A stretch of DNA of 63,343 nt, filler included, from Choristocarpus tenellus KU-1152 (lineage: Eukaryota > Protista > Phaeophyceae), in NCBI GenBank assembly GCA_964200185.2. It is 11 parts of 11 records of this genome, joined end to end, with 100 filler letters (N's around TTAATTAATTAA, not from the genome) between each part and the next. Parts side by side here need not be neighbours in the genome. Positions count along the whole stretch, not along the records: positions 1 to 9,650 come from CAXNAD020003505.1; positions 9,751 to 16,713 come from CAXNAD020006956.1; 9 more parts are not named here. One strand, given 5' to 3'. This document shows positions 1 to 12,343 of the stretch, one piece after another. The notes beneath the pieces were generated by a model, which worked only from the letters and a program-made list of their open reading frames with translations, had not been told where the DNA came from and ran no database searches. Within the stretch, counting starts at the first letter, position 1. The number at the start of each line of letters is the position of its first letter. A program made the position numbers and the translations under genes.

Positions 1-84
1 CCCTGGTGTCGCCCCCCCCCCCCTCCCAGATACATTGGGTCAAAATTCCTCAGAGGCATCCTGGGGGAGCTGGGCATACTCAAA

Positions 85-330
85 GGGGTCACGGTTTGGT
101 ATGGAGACAATCGAGGTGTGATCCAAGCAGCAATAACTGAAGGCTTCAACGGAAGAACAAGGCATGTCGACATCAAGCTGAAATGCACCAGGGAGTATGT
201 CAATAAAGGATTTTTGTTTTTTAGAGTGAAGCATATACCCACAACACTACAACCAGCAGACATCTTGACCAAAAGATTATGCAAGAAGCAGGTAGAAGAC
301 TTTGTAGACACTGTGTTGACTAGATTAATG
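85..330 (+). mobile_element. Ty1/copia retrotransposon pol remnant, RNase H C-terminus
   Basis: Translation YGDNRGVIQAAITEGFNGRTRHVDIKLKCTREYV...KHIPTTLQPADILTKRL matches the copia RNase H motifs DN..A / RTKHIDIR / QxADILTK. Confidence 0.85.
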
Positions 331-708
331 TTGTGTGTTAAACTTGAAGTAATAGATGAATGTCGTGTGTTAAATTTGAAGTAATCTGTCGCACCAATCT
401 CACTACAATACTGTCCTGATGTCACATCTCTCATAACGATTCTGGCAAAGAGGGGGACAACACGCAGAGTAGGGCAAGCATTCTCCAAGTCAGATACTGT
501 GCAATATAGACTAGTAGTATATAAATTGTACAAGAGAATATGTAGATCGAGGAATATTTCATATAGAGTATGTTCCAACGTCAAGAAAACTAGCTGACAT
601 TTTGACTAAGTCTTTGCGGAAGAGTCTTACTTCTGATTTTGTGCATTCTGTGCTTTCACGTCAAGTGTGAACCTTTGTCAGCAACTTTGCTGCACACTCA
701 TGGGGGAG

Positions 709-960
709 TGTGCAATATAGATTAGTAGTCTATATGGTTACAGTGTAAAAGTGAATGAAGTAATGTAACTTGAACTTATATGCGACTGACGTAGTGTAAC
801 TTGAACTTATAAGTGACTGACGTAGTGCATATGAATCCACCACACTCGTAATAGAACAATCTGAGGCAATTAATAGATAAAAAACGCCATCCCATGCTCG
901 AAATTTCGTGTAGTGACTGAGATCATTTGCTTTGGGTCTGTCTTTTGTGTTTTTGGCACA
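709..960 (+). mobile_element. Probable 3' LTR of the copia element
   Basis: A polypurine tract GGGGGAG (702-708) is directly followed by TGTGC, and the segment ends GCACA at 960 (short inverted termini). It lies downstream of the RNase H and has an internal ~31-bp tandem duplication. Confidence 0.6.
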
Positions 961-1777
961 TGTACCCAGTCCCTTTCACCATTGATCAAGATCCATTTCC
1001 ATTTTTATTGCGTTGTGGACAGCAAATATCTGCATATCCTCACCTGCTGTCTCTATTAACTGCTATAAAACGGACTGCTAGTCGATTCAAATGTGGTCAC
1101 TAGTTTTCTTTTATGTTATCACTTTTAATTTTTGTCACTATCTGGATTTTCCCCACCATTTTCGCGGTATTAGGTATCAAATCGAATTTATCAGTTGAAA
1201 ATCCAGGTAATATTCCTCTTGATCAAGGAGTGCTTTTACCCCCTTTCCAAAGTAATGAAAATGCTGTGCTTTGTTTTTGCTCAGTTCTCTTGCAGTCATT
1301 GTTCTGGTAATTTTCTCCTTATATGCTCTGAATGGAGATTATACTTTTGCAACAGAAATCATATAACCAAACTCTTCAAAACCTTCGTAGTGAAGGGATT
1401 TGGTCAACTTTCTCTCTGTCAAAATTTTACGTCAAGTTACTGAAATGGATTTGTTGAAATTTCTTTCATTTTAGCTTTTGTTATATCAGTTACATTACTT
1501 CTGCTTGCGGTCATAACAGAGATTAGCCAACATTGAAAACTACCAATAGCCTGTATTTTAGATAAACTGGCTATGGTAATGTGGGAAAGGATATATCTGT
1601 ATTAGTTCCTATAGTCATGGGTGTTATTGCTGCAATTGATTGTTCATATCAAAGTTATAAACATAACACAAAACTAGTAATAAGGAAATAAGAAGCCCAA
1701 GATGAATACAAACAAAGATGATGTATCCCTGAAATAATACAAAACCCAGAGCTTACATGAGGAGAACAAGCAACTCA

Positions 1778-2035
1778 GAGTCAAAGTAAACGAGAGATAC
1801 CCAGGATTGCATTGGAAGGAAGCTGATAAATTTGTGCAAAATTCGACCTTTTGTTAAAATACGGTTAGGAACTTTTATAAATTATGTCCAATTTTTTTTA
1901 AGCAATAGAGAAATCAACAGTCTCAGGTCAATCTTGGCACTTCAACCATGAAAACAAAGGCAAGTTGCAAAAGATCAAAAGTGGCTTAAAATGAAAAACG
2001 CCCAAAGCCTGGATACATCTCTTTTACTTTGACTC
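1778..2035. mobile_element. MITE family 3, full copy
   Basis: TIRs GAGTCAAAGTAAACGAGAGATAC and GATACATCTCTTTTACTTTGACTC, flanked by TCA on both sides. Homologous copies lie at 58291-58547 and ~51650-51873. Confidence 0.75.
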
Positions 2036-2388
2036 TCAAATCGGATTAAGCTTACTGCACCACAAGCAACAGTTGGTGTAACCAACTCAATCCAGAACAC
2101 TATGCTGATGCTCCAAAATATGATTGTAAAGTCTTGCAGCACTAGCGTGAGTAGTAAAAGATTTTTTTAATCTAATATCGCAGAGTATCAAGGGAACAAA
2201 AAAAAGGACGTGACATCCCACACATAAAAAACTCCGTCTTGCACACGATTTACACATTAAAGATGTCGAGATAGGCGAGGAAATAAATACTCACCGATTG
2301 TTTTTAAGTAGCTAACATAATTTATTAAATAAAACCCAATATGAAAAATCAAATGTAGTCTAGAAAATAGAATAATAAAAAGGAAAAA

Positions 2389-3009
2389 ATGTCATCACCC
2401 TGTGGACTCCCTCCAGTCTTTCTATTTAGAACAAGAAATTAAAACCACTAGAAACCAGGTGCAGATATGATACATGCTGATGCAATGGATGCATGTATTG
2501 TACTGAATCTAACATTTGCACCTCCAGTAATAAAAAGCTATCATCTTCCTTTTCATATACGTTTGATTATTGAAACTCCAGAAAGTTGCTTAAATATATG
2601 TACTTGGATTGCTGGAGCTGATATTATCACTATTAATCTGGAAACTACAGAGCATCTACACACAGAGCTATTACTGAAATAGAGAAACTTGATATTACAT
2701 TCAGCATTTTGTTACTGCCTACCACCTCAACAACCATAGTCCGGACTACACTACTATATTGTTAATTACATTAGTTTGATCCTAGTAATGGTATTTGATC
2801 CAGGCTTTGACTGGAAAAAAGTCCTGCAGACTCAGCTTGGCAAAATATCTAAACTTGCAGAACATGCATATAGTGGAGATACTTCACTAGCTGTAGATGA
2901 TGGGATTAGTTATTACACAGGTGTAAGTTACGCATATAAAGTTGGAGTCAATATGTCAATATCCGGAAAGTGCACAATTAATGTGAGTATAAAAATCATA
3001 AATACATAG
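2389..3009 (+). pseudogene. rpe: Ribulose-phosphate 3-epimerase pseudogene, bacterial type
   Basis: Frameshifted, intronless fragments follow the Rpe motif order: LEQEIK..GADMIHADAMD..VLNLTFAPPVIK, IIETPE, AGADIITINLETTEHLH, LLLPTT, LILVMVFDPGF, QTQLGKISKL, LAVDDGI, ISG. Several conserved residues are decayed. Confidence 0.8.
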
Positions 3010-3180
3010 TGAGGAAAGTCGAGTAGCGTGAAATTATGTTCTAAAATTGACATACATTGCCACTTATAACTTCCACTAAAACCGTCATTAGGTCCACAAT
3101 CTAACACCAATGTTCTTCTCTTGCAAATAGATTTATAATAAATATTTAACAGGGATTTGCATAATACCTAAGACAGAGAA

Positions 3181-3250
3181 AATGCTTGGGACCATAGTTT
3201 TCTTGGAAACATTGTTGAAGGCTACATTATGGCATTAGCAATATTAACAT
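3181..3250 (+). pseudogene. Possible fragment of a ProP/MHS-type MFS transporter (first TM helix)
   Basis: TIVFLGNIVEGYIMALAIL resembles the GNxxEWYDFxxY motif. The match is short and degenerate. Confidence 0.35.
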
Positions 3251-3856
3251 AGAAACAGATGAAGCGACAATACTACAAAGTCCTCAGCAAGAGCTTGAAC
3301 AGCAATAACTTGGTTTTATAATATGCAAGGCATGTAGGCCAAATTTGTCCACTCAATTTCCATTAGAATTGGTGTGATACTAAAGATGATTCTACTGTCA
3401 AAGCAAAAACTGAGCATTAATTGGTAAGGGCGGCGTATTAATGTGAGGAATTTTAAAATATTCCAAGGGAGGACCTCTGCAGGTTTTTTGTGGCTATAAT
3501 CCTGTATGTTATAGACTACGTATGGGCAGGTCAGTCGAATTGCCCATATCTCGTTTACTTTTCTCCTTGAAAAGAGGAAGGCATGTTGGTGTGCTGTCAA
3601 AGTACAGAGTAGTACTGAAAAGTTTTTTTTTTTTTACCCTATCTTGCTTTCCTCAAGGTATTGACAGCAACAGGAACAATTCTACTATCGTGGTGTTATG
3701 AAATATAGTTGAGATGGACAAGAAGGGGAATAGTTGATAATATGACAATACCAGCAGAAACTCAACTCGATGAGACTTCAGGAGGGCGAGATAAGGTCCA
3801 TTTTGTGTAGCCTAATGCTACTAAAAGAGAAGGATCTATACATGCATACAAGTACA

Positions 3857-4034
3857 GGCTCAAAGTATCTGGGAGGTGGTGGCGGCTGTCCATTTGGGGA
3901 CAATTTTTCAATCTTGCGATTTTGGGTGATTTGGTTACATGCATCGGAAGGATAATATAGGTGAACATTTCCTGGTTATGGCCCAAATGGACACCCTGGT
4001 GTAGTTTCCCCCCCCCAAAAAAATACTTTGGGTC
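3857..4034. mobile_element. MITE family 1, full copy
   Basis: Termini GGCTCAAAGTATCTGGG and AATACTTTGGGTC with ACA on both flanks. Related pieces lie at 1-41, 28208-28263, 30743-30974, 40026-40046, 42663-42695, 49700-49739 and 50661-50781. Confidence 0.75.
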
Positions 4035-6589
4035 ACAATGTTCATACTAACGTCTCACATGAACAGAACAAAATTTCGATCCCTAATGGACTGAGAGTAT
4101 GTCTGTCTAGAGTTTTTTTAGTCACTTTCCGTATTCACCAACTCCAACAATATCCACAGAGGCACATCAAGTATTAAACCTTGTGCTGCATCTAATCTAC
4201 TAATACCAACCTCTCATTCAGGTCAACCCCCACTTTAACATAATTATTTTGAATCTGTCCCTCTAACCCAGGCTATCTACTAAGATTTACTAATTTTCCT
4301 GTTATTGATATACCTCCCATCTTCTACAGGCCAACACCACCACACATTACAAGGATGAAGATGACCAGGTAGCCCTGGAGATGTCAAGTGGAGTTGTCAT
4401 GGGGGGTGTTGTCAACACTACTACAGTGGTGGTATCGAAGAAGGGTGGCTTGACCTCAAAGGTAAGATTGCATTCCCTCAGTCACTCCAAAAAGGAGGGG
4501 GTCTTCAGTGGAATGGACATCCATCGTTAATAGTGTCCTAATCATTCCTCTTGGCAATGAGATCTGATGATCTTGGGTATCTTTGGTAGATGTCACAACT
4601 GGTAATCTTGTAAGTGTTTTTCTGTGGAGCACCTTGAGGATTCACTGTGGTGAGATAAGATGAGGGCGGATACCAGATGTTAAATCAAATCCTAAAAATC
4701 TTCTTGATCCAGTTGTATACTGGCAAGAGGAGTTCATCCATACCCTATATACCTCCTACTTTCTGAGGTGTACACAGTCAGTCGTCTCTATCGCCATTCC
4801 TAGGGCAGGAATGTAGCAGGTCAGGTCATATTGAGGACAGATGTGACCATGAAAAGCAAGAGGGGAACTCTCGAGAAGGTGCATCAGTGAGTGGGAGGTA
4901 CAAGTGGTCTGGTGCTGTTCCATCTTCACCATATCTTCTTTGCAAAAAATGAAACAAAAGGTAGATCACCGTCTCATCTCCATTACTCACTCTGTGCTCC
5001 CACCATCTACTTACAGGGTCGGAGCATAAGAGAGGTAATACGATCATTGTTGGGCAACCTCTTCTGTGGTCCTCGCAAACCTTGCGAGCAGAAGGGTATG
5101 AATGGTACATGGACTATTCTTCCAGAGCCCCACTGGGAGTGCATATCAGTTTGTCCTGAAGAAACCGCCCTCACCATTTGGGCAGGACGCACCGAGGCGA
5201 GCAACATGTCATATTCAGTGTAACCGCCTCATCAAGTCCTGCAGCTCTCACACACACCTTGGCTCGGATGTTTAACCCTGCGCACTATTGTCATTTTATT
5301 CTTATGTGGCTTCCGAGGCAAATGGAATTACTCTTGTATTTGACCAACCATGCTTGATGAACTGTCTTGTACCATAATGTCTTGAGCTTCATGCATAGAG
5401 CTCGCTGGTTTAAGCACAAAGACAGTATCGATCTATACTCAGGTAAACTCACACCACCAGTACTTCAGCTCCTTTCCCTTCATGAGAAGTAGGCATATTC
5501 TCTGCAGCATTGGGCTTCCACACTTCTCAATTTTCTGGGGGATCATTATGTTGTGTTTCTGTTTCGTCCTTCATGTACTATGTACATAGATACCCATGTC
5601 TTCCATCTGTGGCATTTTGAACCAGGCGCAGCCACTTCGAGTAGTGCTGTAGAAAACTCTTTTTTATAGTACTCGTGATCTGACGCCCTTGGGAATCTTT
5701 TTTACACATGATCGCCCTCTTGCCCAAGAAGTGCATTACTCCTTTGTCAAAATTCGTAAGTAAAGTAGAGAGAGGCAAGTTGCAGGAATATTTCCTCATC
5801 ACTTCGGTTCTCTCAGCCCCCATGTGGCATTGCCGTGATCATGGTATTCTGCAGAGGTATTGGCTCAATGAAGAGCTTGGTACATGCCCTACTCAAGCAT
5901 CTCTGCCATGCATTCATTTTCCCTCCAGATACTGCAAATCATTTTCAGATGATGGTTGTAGCAATGTGAGTAAGTCCCACACAGGACATGTAGTTTTGAA
6001 CCCCCATAAGTGAAATAATATTGATTCAACCGGCAATGCACTCGTTAGCAATTACATGCTCATGATCCTGCCTTTTGAAACATACAACATGCAGGTACCC
6101 AGGAGACCCCAAGTGCAGCAGCTTCTGCTTGACCAGTGGCGACAGATCGCATCAACCCAGGAGGCATTGAGAGTCCTGGAAATGGACCTGCTCATCGCCA
6201 ATCAGCTTGTCACTAATGGGCGGCATGAGGTAAGCATTACAATGCTTTGATAATTCCTGATGTTATCCCACATTCAACTTGTCACTGTGTGCCTGGTCGA
6301 AGGTTTGAACAACATATAGGCCATAATACATTGCTATGAGACCCTGGACTGCTTGCTCGACCCTCTCTGCTCTGCAAATTTAGTCTTGTTTCATTTATCC
6401 TCCCTTTCTCCTCCCTTTCTCCTCAGAGGGAGCACTTGACTGCAAAGCTGGCAGACATGTCGGTGATGCTGAGAGCGTCTGATGTATGACCTCCTCCATA
6501 CAACATGTATTGAGTCAGCCAAATTGGTGTGTGCAAAGTACAATAGCATGGTAAATCTCCTTGTGTTCTGCTGTTTGTTGCATACAGAG

Positions 6590-9460
6590 AATGTGGGGTG
6601 GGGCTTTTTGAAGGACAAGACATCTGAGTAGAAGCGGAAGGTTCTGGTCCTTCCACCGCCTTTGCATTTTCTCTTCTTGTGGGCCTTTGGCTCCTGCTTG
6701 TTCTTGATCCTGACACTCTATGAAGTACAATCTACAGGAGATATCGTAAGATCTTTCCAACAAACTGGAGGCATGCCAAACAAATGAAAAAATTAAGTCC
6801 AAATGTTTGAGGTGGAGAAGAGGGGGTACCTGGAGGCTGCATACATGGAGAAAGAGAGGTGACTGACATAAGGGGGTGGTGGTGCTGTGCAACAAGAAGC
6901 TAGGGTGCATGGAATGCATGAGTCCTTGTCAACTTGTAAACCCTGACCTAGATCGAACATAAAAATGCCAATGTGCAGTGTGTCTGCATAATCCTTAATG
7001 TGGTCTATGGTGATGTACTCCTTGCACCTATGTTGTGCCAAAAAAAAACCACTGTAAGTGCTCTACTATTGTTTTCGAGCATGTGCATTTTTTAGTGCTG
7101 AAGATAGCCTACCTCTGTAATGAAGGGCATGACGAGATCATTCCACTATATTGGGTACCCTTATGTATGATATCCATCACATATGTGAATGTATTTTAGA
7201 TACCATCTCGTTCTATGCTCAAAGTAGATAAAAGGAGTCAAATGTGCAGTCTCCATGTGACTGGAGAGAGGGTACCCAAGCATCTCAATTAAAGGCCCAA
7301 GCCGTCTAGTCAAGTGGAATAGCAAGGTTATATCTATGTGTAAGCGCTCCAGAAAATAGAATACTTGATATTTCCCAAGAGTCTTCTTCAAAAAAATCTA
7401 GCTAGACCCACCAAAGGTTTAAGCAAATTGTCCCCTACACGCACACTGGTGAATTAAGCAATGCAAGATTCCTGAAACAGAAGCACAGTGTTCGAAAGCC
7501 AGCGGACATGCCCAAAGCTGGCCTGTACTTAACACATAACATACGTTGTACACGTTGGAATAGAGTGCCGTGGTCCCACTTTCTACCGTGACATACTCAC
7601 CGCACTCAACAACACACCTGCACCTCGGCGGGTACACCATACGAAACATCACATGGGGCTGCTTATGACAATATATACTATCTACATTAGGCAGTAGGCC
7701 AATGTCAAGCAAGCCTTCTGCATGCTTGTTGCTGAGTGCAATGGTCCTGTCTGTGAAGTGGAGGAAGGGAATGTTGACCTGGCCGATATGGAGAAGTACA
7801 AACCAGTCATGAGGAAGAGGTGAGCATGAGACCAGTGCGGTCGGGGATTTTTTCTTGCTCATCACTAGCTTTGTATCTTCCTTTAAGATGGTCACATCAT
7901 CATTCACTTGCTTCACTTGACTGATGATACAATCTTTATCGCCAATTAGTGGGTCAGACACCTGCTTGACCTTGGCGCGTTGCTCCACACAAGCCACATC
8001 TCTGTGATGAACAACCCTGTGTGAGTTGCCACACAGTATACCAACCAAGGTGCCGATGTCTCTGGTGCTTTGCAAAGAGTCTGTTGCTATATGTTGCCTA
8101 TACTAGATCACACATCAGGCTTGCTATTTCTCCTTGAGTATCATGAGAGATTGCTTGGCGTCTTTCTTGTCTTGGTATATTTCATTGCTTCTGATGAAAG
8201 AATTCTTGTAATGCTCTGAAATCCTCAGCTACCAGGCCGAGGCTGTACAATGATGCTAGACCAGAAGATGCTTGCGGATAGCCACTCCCAATGTGCACAA
8301 CATGCCCAGGGAGTTGGGGAAGCAGCCAAGATGGAGATGGAAGCGGTGCTAGATCAGCGGATGTTGCTCCACATTAATGAGATCAATGAGCTGAAGGATC
8401 ACTTTCAGGTGAGAGGGCCACTGACCACTGCCGTTAGGAAGGAAGTTGAGAGACTGAGGATTGACCAAGAAAGAGAGAGGTAACGGAGGCTGGGATGAGT
8501 GTATAGAAGAACGTACAAGAGAGGAAGCTGCTGTCTGTGAGCAATTTACAATTTGAAGTTTTGAAAGGAGATAGTTCGAAGTAGTACTTAACCCCACAGC
8601 TGGCAGACACATCAGTGGGCTAAAATTATACCTGGTATTCATGAGCCAAATTGACACATGTTCTGTGTAACTGTGGTATATAGGGAACTTGAGGTGGGGC
8701 TTTTGAAGGGAAATGAATTTTATAAATGTTACAAGCACTAATCACTCCGCTACCCCTATTTGTTATCTGGTGAACTTCTGCCTCCTTCTTGTTCTTAACG
8801 CTAACCTATATATACAACAGGAGAGATCGACAGACCTCGTCAACAGGCTTGAGACTTGCACAGTCGATACCCACGAGCAACTCCAAATGTGGGAGAAATA
8901 GAGGAGGGGGCTTGTAGATGCAGTGGAGCCAGAAAGAGAGAGGTGACTAGCATAAAGGGGAGATGGTGCTGTTTAGGAAATAGTTTTAGTACATAGGATG
9001 GATCAAGTAATTCCCTTGCCAAACATGTTTACCCCAACAAATATGTACTAAAAAAATACCACATACTGCAGTGTATCTAGAGCAATCCTTAATATTGTCT
9101 ATGATGATGTGGTCCGTGTATCTATGTTGTGCCGAAATATATTGTATTTGCAAGTGTACTGCTGTGTTGTTTTCGCACATTCTCTCTTTGTAGGGTTGAC
9201 AGCAATGTCTGGAACAAGATTATCCCATAATAAGCTATCTAATGCGTGATATCTATTGTGTGTGTCAATGCCATCTTGTTCTATGCTCGGAGAGGATTAA
9301 AATATACAAATGAGTAATCTTCAATCGCAGATTGGAGGGATGGTACCCAAATGTGCGTGAATAGACACCCGAGCCTTCTAGTCAAGTGGAAATGGCGATG
9401 GGATGTCCACCCTTTAGCTCCCCAGAAGAAGTAATATTGAGAGTTTCTCAAGATTTTCCT
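6590..9460. repeat. Diverged direct duplication, offset about 2.1 kb, containing decayed ORFs
   Basis: Segment ~6590-7400 aligns with ~8690-9460. Paralogous peptides: AQHRCKEYITIDHIKD vs AQHRYTDHIIIDNIKD, FHLTRRLG in both, and DLSNKLEAC vs DLVNRLETC. Confidence 0.7.
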
Positions 9461-9650
9461 TCAGGAATACCTGCACCCTACCGAATGTTAGAGCACATAC
9501 TTCCCAACATAACTAGTGAAATCTTAAGCAAAGGAAGATCCCTACCACAACAACACGGTGTCGAAAGAAGGTGGAAGATATCAAGCTTGGCTGGGCTCGA
9601 AACACTGGATTTGGTGCAAATAGGAATGCAGTGGCTTTCCATTATGCCTC

Positions 9651-9750
9651 NNNNNNNNNNNNNNNNNNNNNNNNNNNNNNNNNNNNNNNNNNNNTTAATT
9701 AATTAANNNNNNNNNNNNNNNNNNNNNNNNNNNNNNNNNNNNNNNNNNNN
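9651..9750. other. Artificial contig linker; identical ones at 16714-16813, 22736-22835, 27930-28029, 30975-31074, 34130-34229, 39926-40025, 42563-42662, 49600-49699, 56335-56434
   Basis: Each is N44-TTAATTAATTAA-N44, exactly 100 nt, with stop codons in all six frames. Confidence 0.98.
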
Positions 9751-9776
9751 GCGGGGGTGGGGGGGGGGGGAGGGCG

Positions 9777-9814
<38 letters not shown>

Positions 9815-10455
9815 AGGGGCGAACAGAAGTGTGCGAGCTCTTTGGGGACAAAAAAACTTTGTAGAGAAGTGAAGTGGAGTACCAGTGGTACCAAGCGATA
9901 GGAAAATTGAGCATTGACCTCCAGGCCTACTTGGATACCTTAGACTGGATGGAGGATGAAGGAAGAAGGATGGAAACGATGACTTGTTGAGCAGGCCGTC
10001 CATGACATGTCACATGCAAACAAGAATTCCAAGTCTGCCATAATTTTTTTTTTTCCCACACATTCCTCACAGTCCCTCCTTCAAGAGCTAACATAAGGAG
10101 AGCCTGGACTCTTTGAGATCGAGGTGGTTCTCCAAAGCGTGTACTATTGATATCACTGTAAAAAAAAAAAGCAAGGTACTCACTGTGCATCACACACATT
10201 AGTTGTACACACACACACACACGCCTTTCACATAAACAGGCTGCGCCCAGAGTAGAGCAGACCTACATCACCTACAATCTCCCACAGCGCATAGATCAAT
10301 TAAGATACACCAAACGTTCCTCCCTTCAAACTACAGTTCAATCGCAATCAATACACCACCCCTCCCCCCTCCCCCAAAGGGGAGACCGTGAAGACTACCA
10401 ACATACGTAAGTAACCTGTTCAACCCTCCCACCCTCCTCCCACAACCACCCTCAC

Positions 10456-12059
10456 CTTTCCAGGCAGAGGCCTGGATTGGGTCAAAGCCTGGGGCAGGCG
10501 TGGGTCCCAAGCCTTGAGCTGCTGATCCCAGCCTCCTGTCAACAACGTGCCAGATGTCATGTCGTACTCCACGCAACGGACTGCCCTGTCATGCCGACCC
10601 AATGCCCGCTCTGTCCCTGTCTCCAGGTCAATCCTTTTCAATTCATTTTTATCCACAGACAGGGTTGAAGGGGGTTTAAGGAGTGGGGGGGAGGGGGGGA
10701 AATGTGTCAATAATTTGAGACAGGCAGAAACTAGAGTTGGGTGTGGAGGGATTGAGGTTGAAGGAGAATGGGGGGATGGCGTTGAGTTTTTGTCAGTGTG
10801 AGGGGCGTGTCATTGATTTCGCAGGCAGTGGAATGGGTTTTTTTCACTTTGATGTGTTAAGCATACTCAGCATTCGGCAGTCAGAGTCAGAGGGATGTCA
10901 ATGACAAGGTTCGGTGAAGGGGAGGATGGAAGTGGAGGAAGCAATGTCACATACTGTACAGGGAGAGACTGCGGGGTATACTATCAATCGAGGTACTAAG
11001 GGGGAGGGAGGGGGAAAGTTTTCCATTTCTCTGGGAGAATGCTCCACATTCTACCCGCGCGTACAACACTGGTCGCTACAACAGACGGGATGATTGCCAA
11101 TGATGATTCTAGTCGGGGAGCAAGTCTGCTTGGCAGGAGTGCATGCATTTCCGCTCGGAATTCACGTCAGTGTACCGTGCTTACATCAGGATGAGTAGAA
11201 GAACAGATTATTCGAAAAACACGACGCAATCCGTCACGATGAAATCAGGGTACGGCGCTACCAGATGTCGTGTGTAGTCAAAGATGGCCAACAGAGCCCA
11301 AACACTGAGGATATAGTTCACTCTACCCTGCTTATAGTCTGTTCTTGCACCACCCTTGATTCAACGGAGGCTGGTTTAGGGAGTGGGGGGGCTGTACAGC
11401 GAAGGCCAAGATCGCAATCGGACCTTCAACTCTTACATTTTCACTGTCTTGTCTAGCCCTCCACAAAACCCGCTTGCCATACTCTGGAAGCAGCAGTCCA
11501 ACAAGGCTCCCCGTCCGGCAAACACCTTCTTTGGCACGTTCTGCCGTGCATCGTACAACCTCAAAGTCTGCAAAAGAGTGTCAAGCAAGGTGAGCGGATT
11601 GCCAGCCCCAACATTTGCATCACCACACCAATCAGATCAATTGGGCGTCAAACAGACTAAGGAAGAAGCGAGGCACAGCAACCAGTGCATCCACACAGAT
11701 TAAAAGAACGAAACGCTCAGTCTGGACTAGGTCCTGGCACGGACTTCGACTGAAATCCCATCGTCCACTTCAAAAAGTTGATATCACGAGGAATCTAGTG
11801 ATACGAACACTCACCAGCACAAGGATTTAATAAACTAACGATAAGGCAACACATTTACATATACAGAAGGAATTTGTGCCACAAAATCAACTCCTGCTCC
11901 AATATTGCCTCCCTCCCCTCGCCTCACCGAGTCCCAAGACGACGCGAGCAACAGGTCCCCATGGGGAGCGAAGCACACGGAGGAGACTCCATCAGTCGGC
12001 GGGTCCCCTAGCATGAGCTCATTGCTCTTATAATCACCCCCGACTACGGCCACCGCCAT
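10456..12059 (-). CDS. BUB3: Spindle checkpoint WD40 protein Bub3, 5' part; remainder not found before the contig end
   Basis: In-phase GT-AG exons 12059-11928, 11567-11437 and 10633-10456 give DPPTDGVSSVCF..LLASSWDSTLRLYD..ALLDCCF..GFCGGLD..LGRHDRAVRCVEY..TGGWD..AWDPR..LPGK. Confidence 0.88.
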
Positions 12060-12343
12060 GCTCAGTGACGATGATCACGTATCACACCCCAAAACGCCCT
12101 CTGGCTGTTGACTGTTGGTGTGGTAGAGGAGGTTAGATGATGGAGTTGGTCGAGTTAAAAATTGAAGATCGTATCTCTACGGTACCGTATATTCAATTTT
12201 TCTCCCACCATCCCAGTTCACTCAAACTAAGTTCAGGTTGTTGCCTTGTCCTCTCAGTTCCCGAGATCAACTTAGGGAGAAGGCTGTTCGACCCTTCAAT
12301 CTTCCTATTCTTCTTGTAGCGCGATATTAGGAATAAAGTGGAG

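Noticed and set aside
3316-3360. Ankyrin-like VDKFGLHALH scrap on the minus strand
   Set aside because: It is too short to distinguish from chance.
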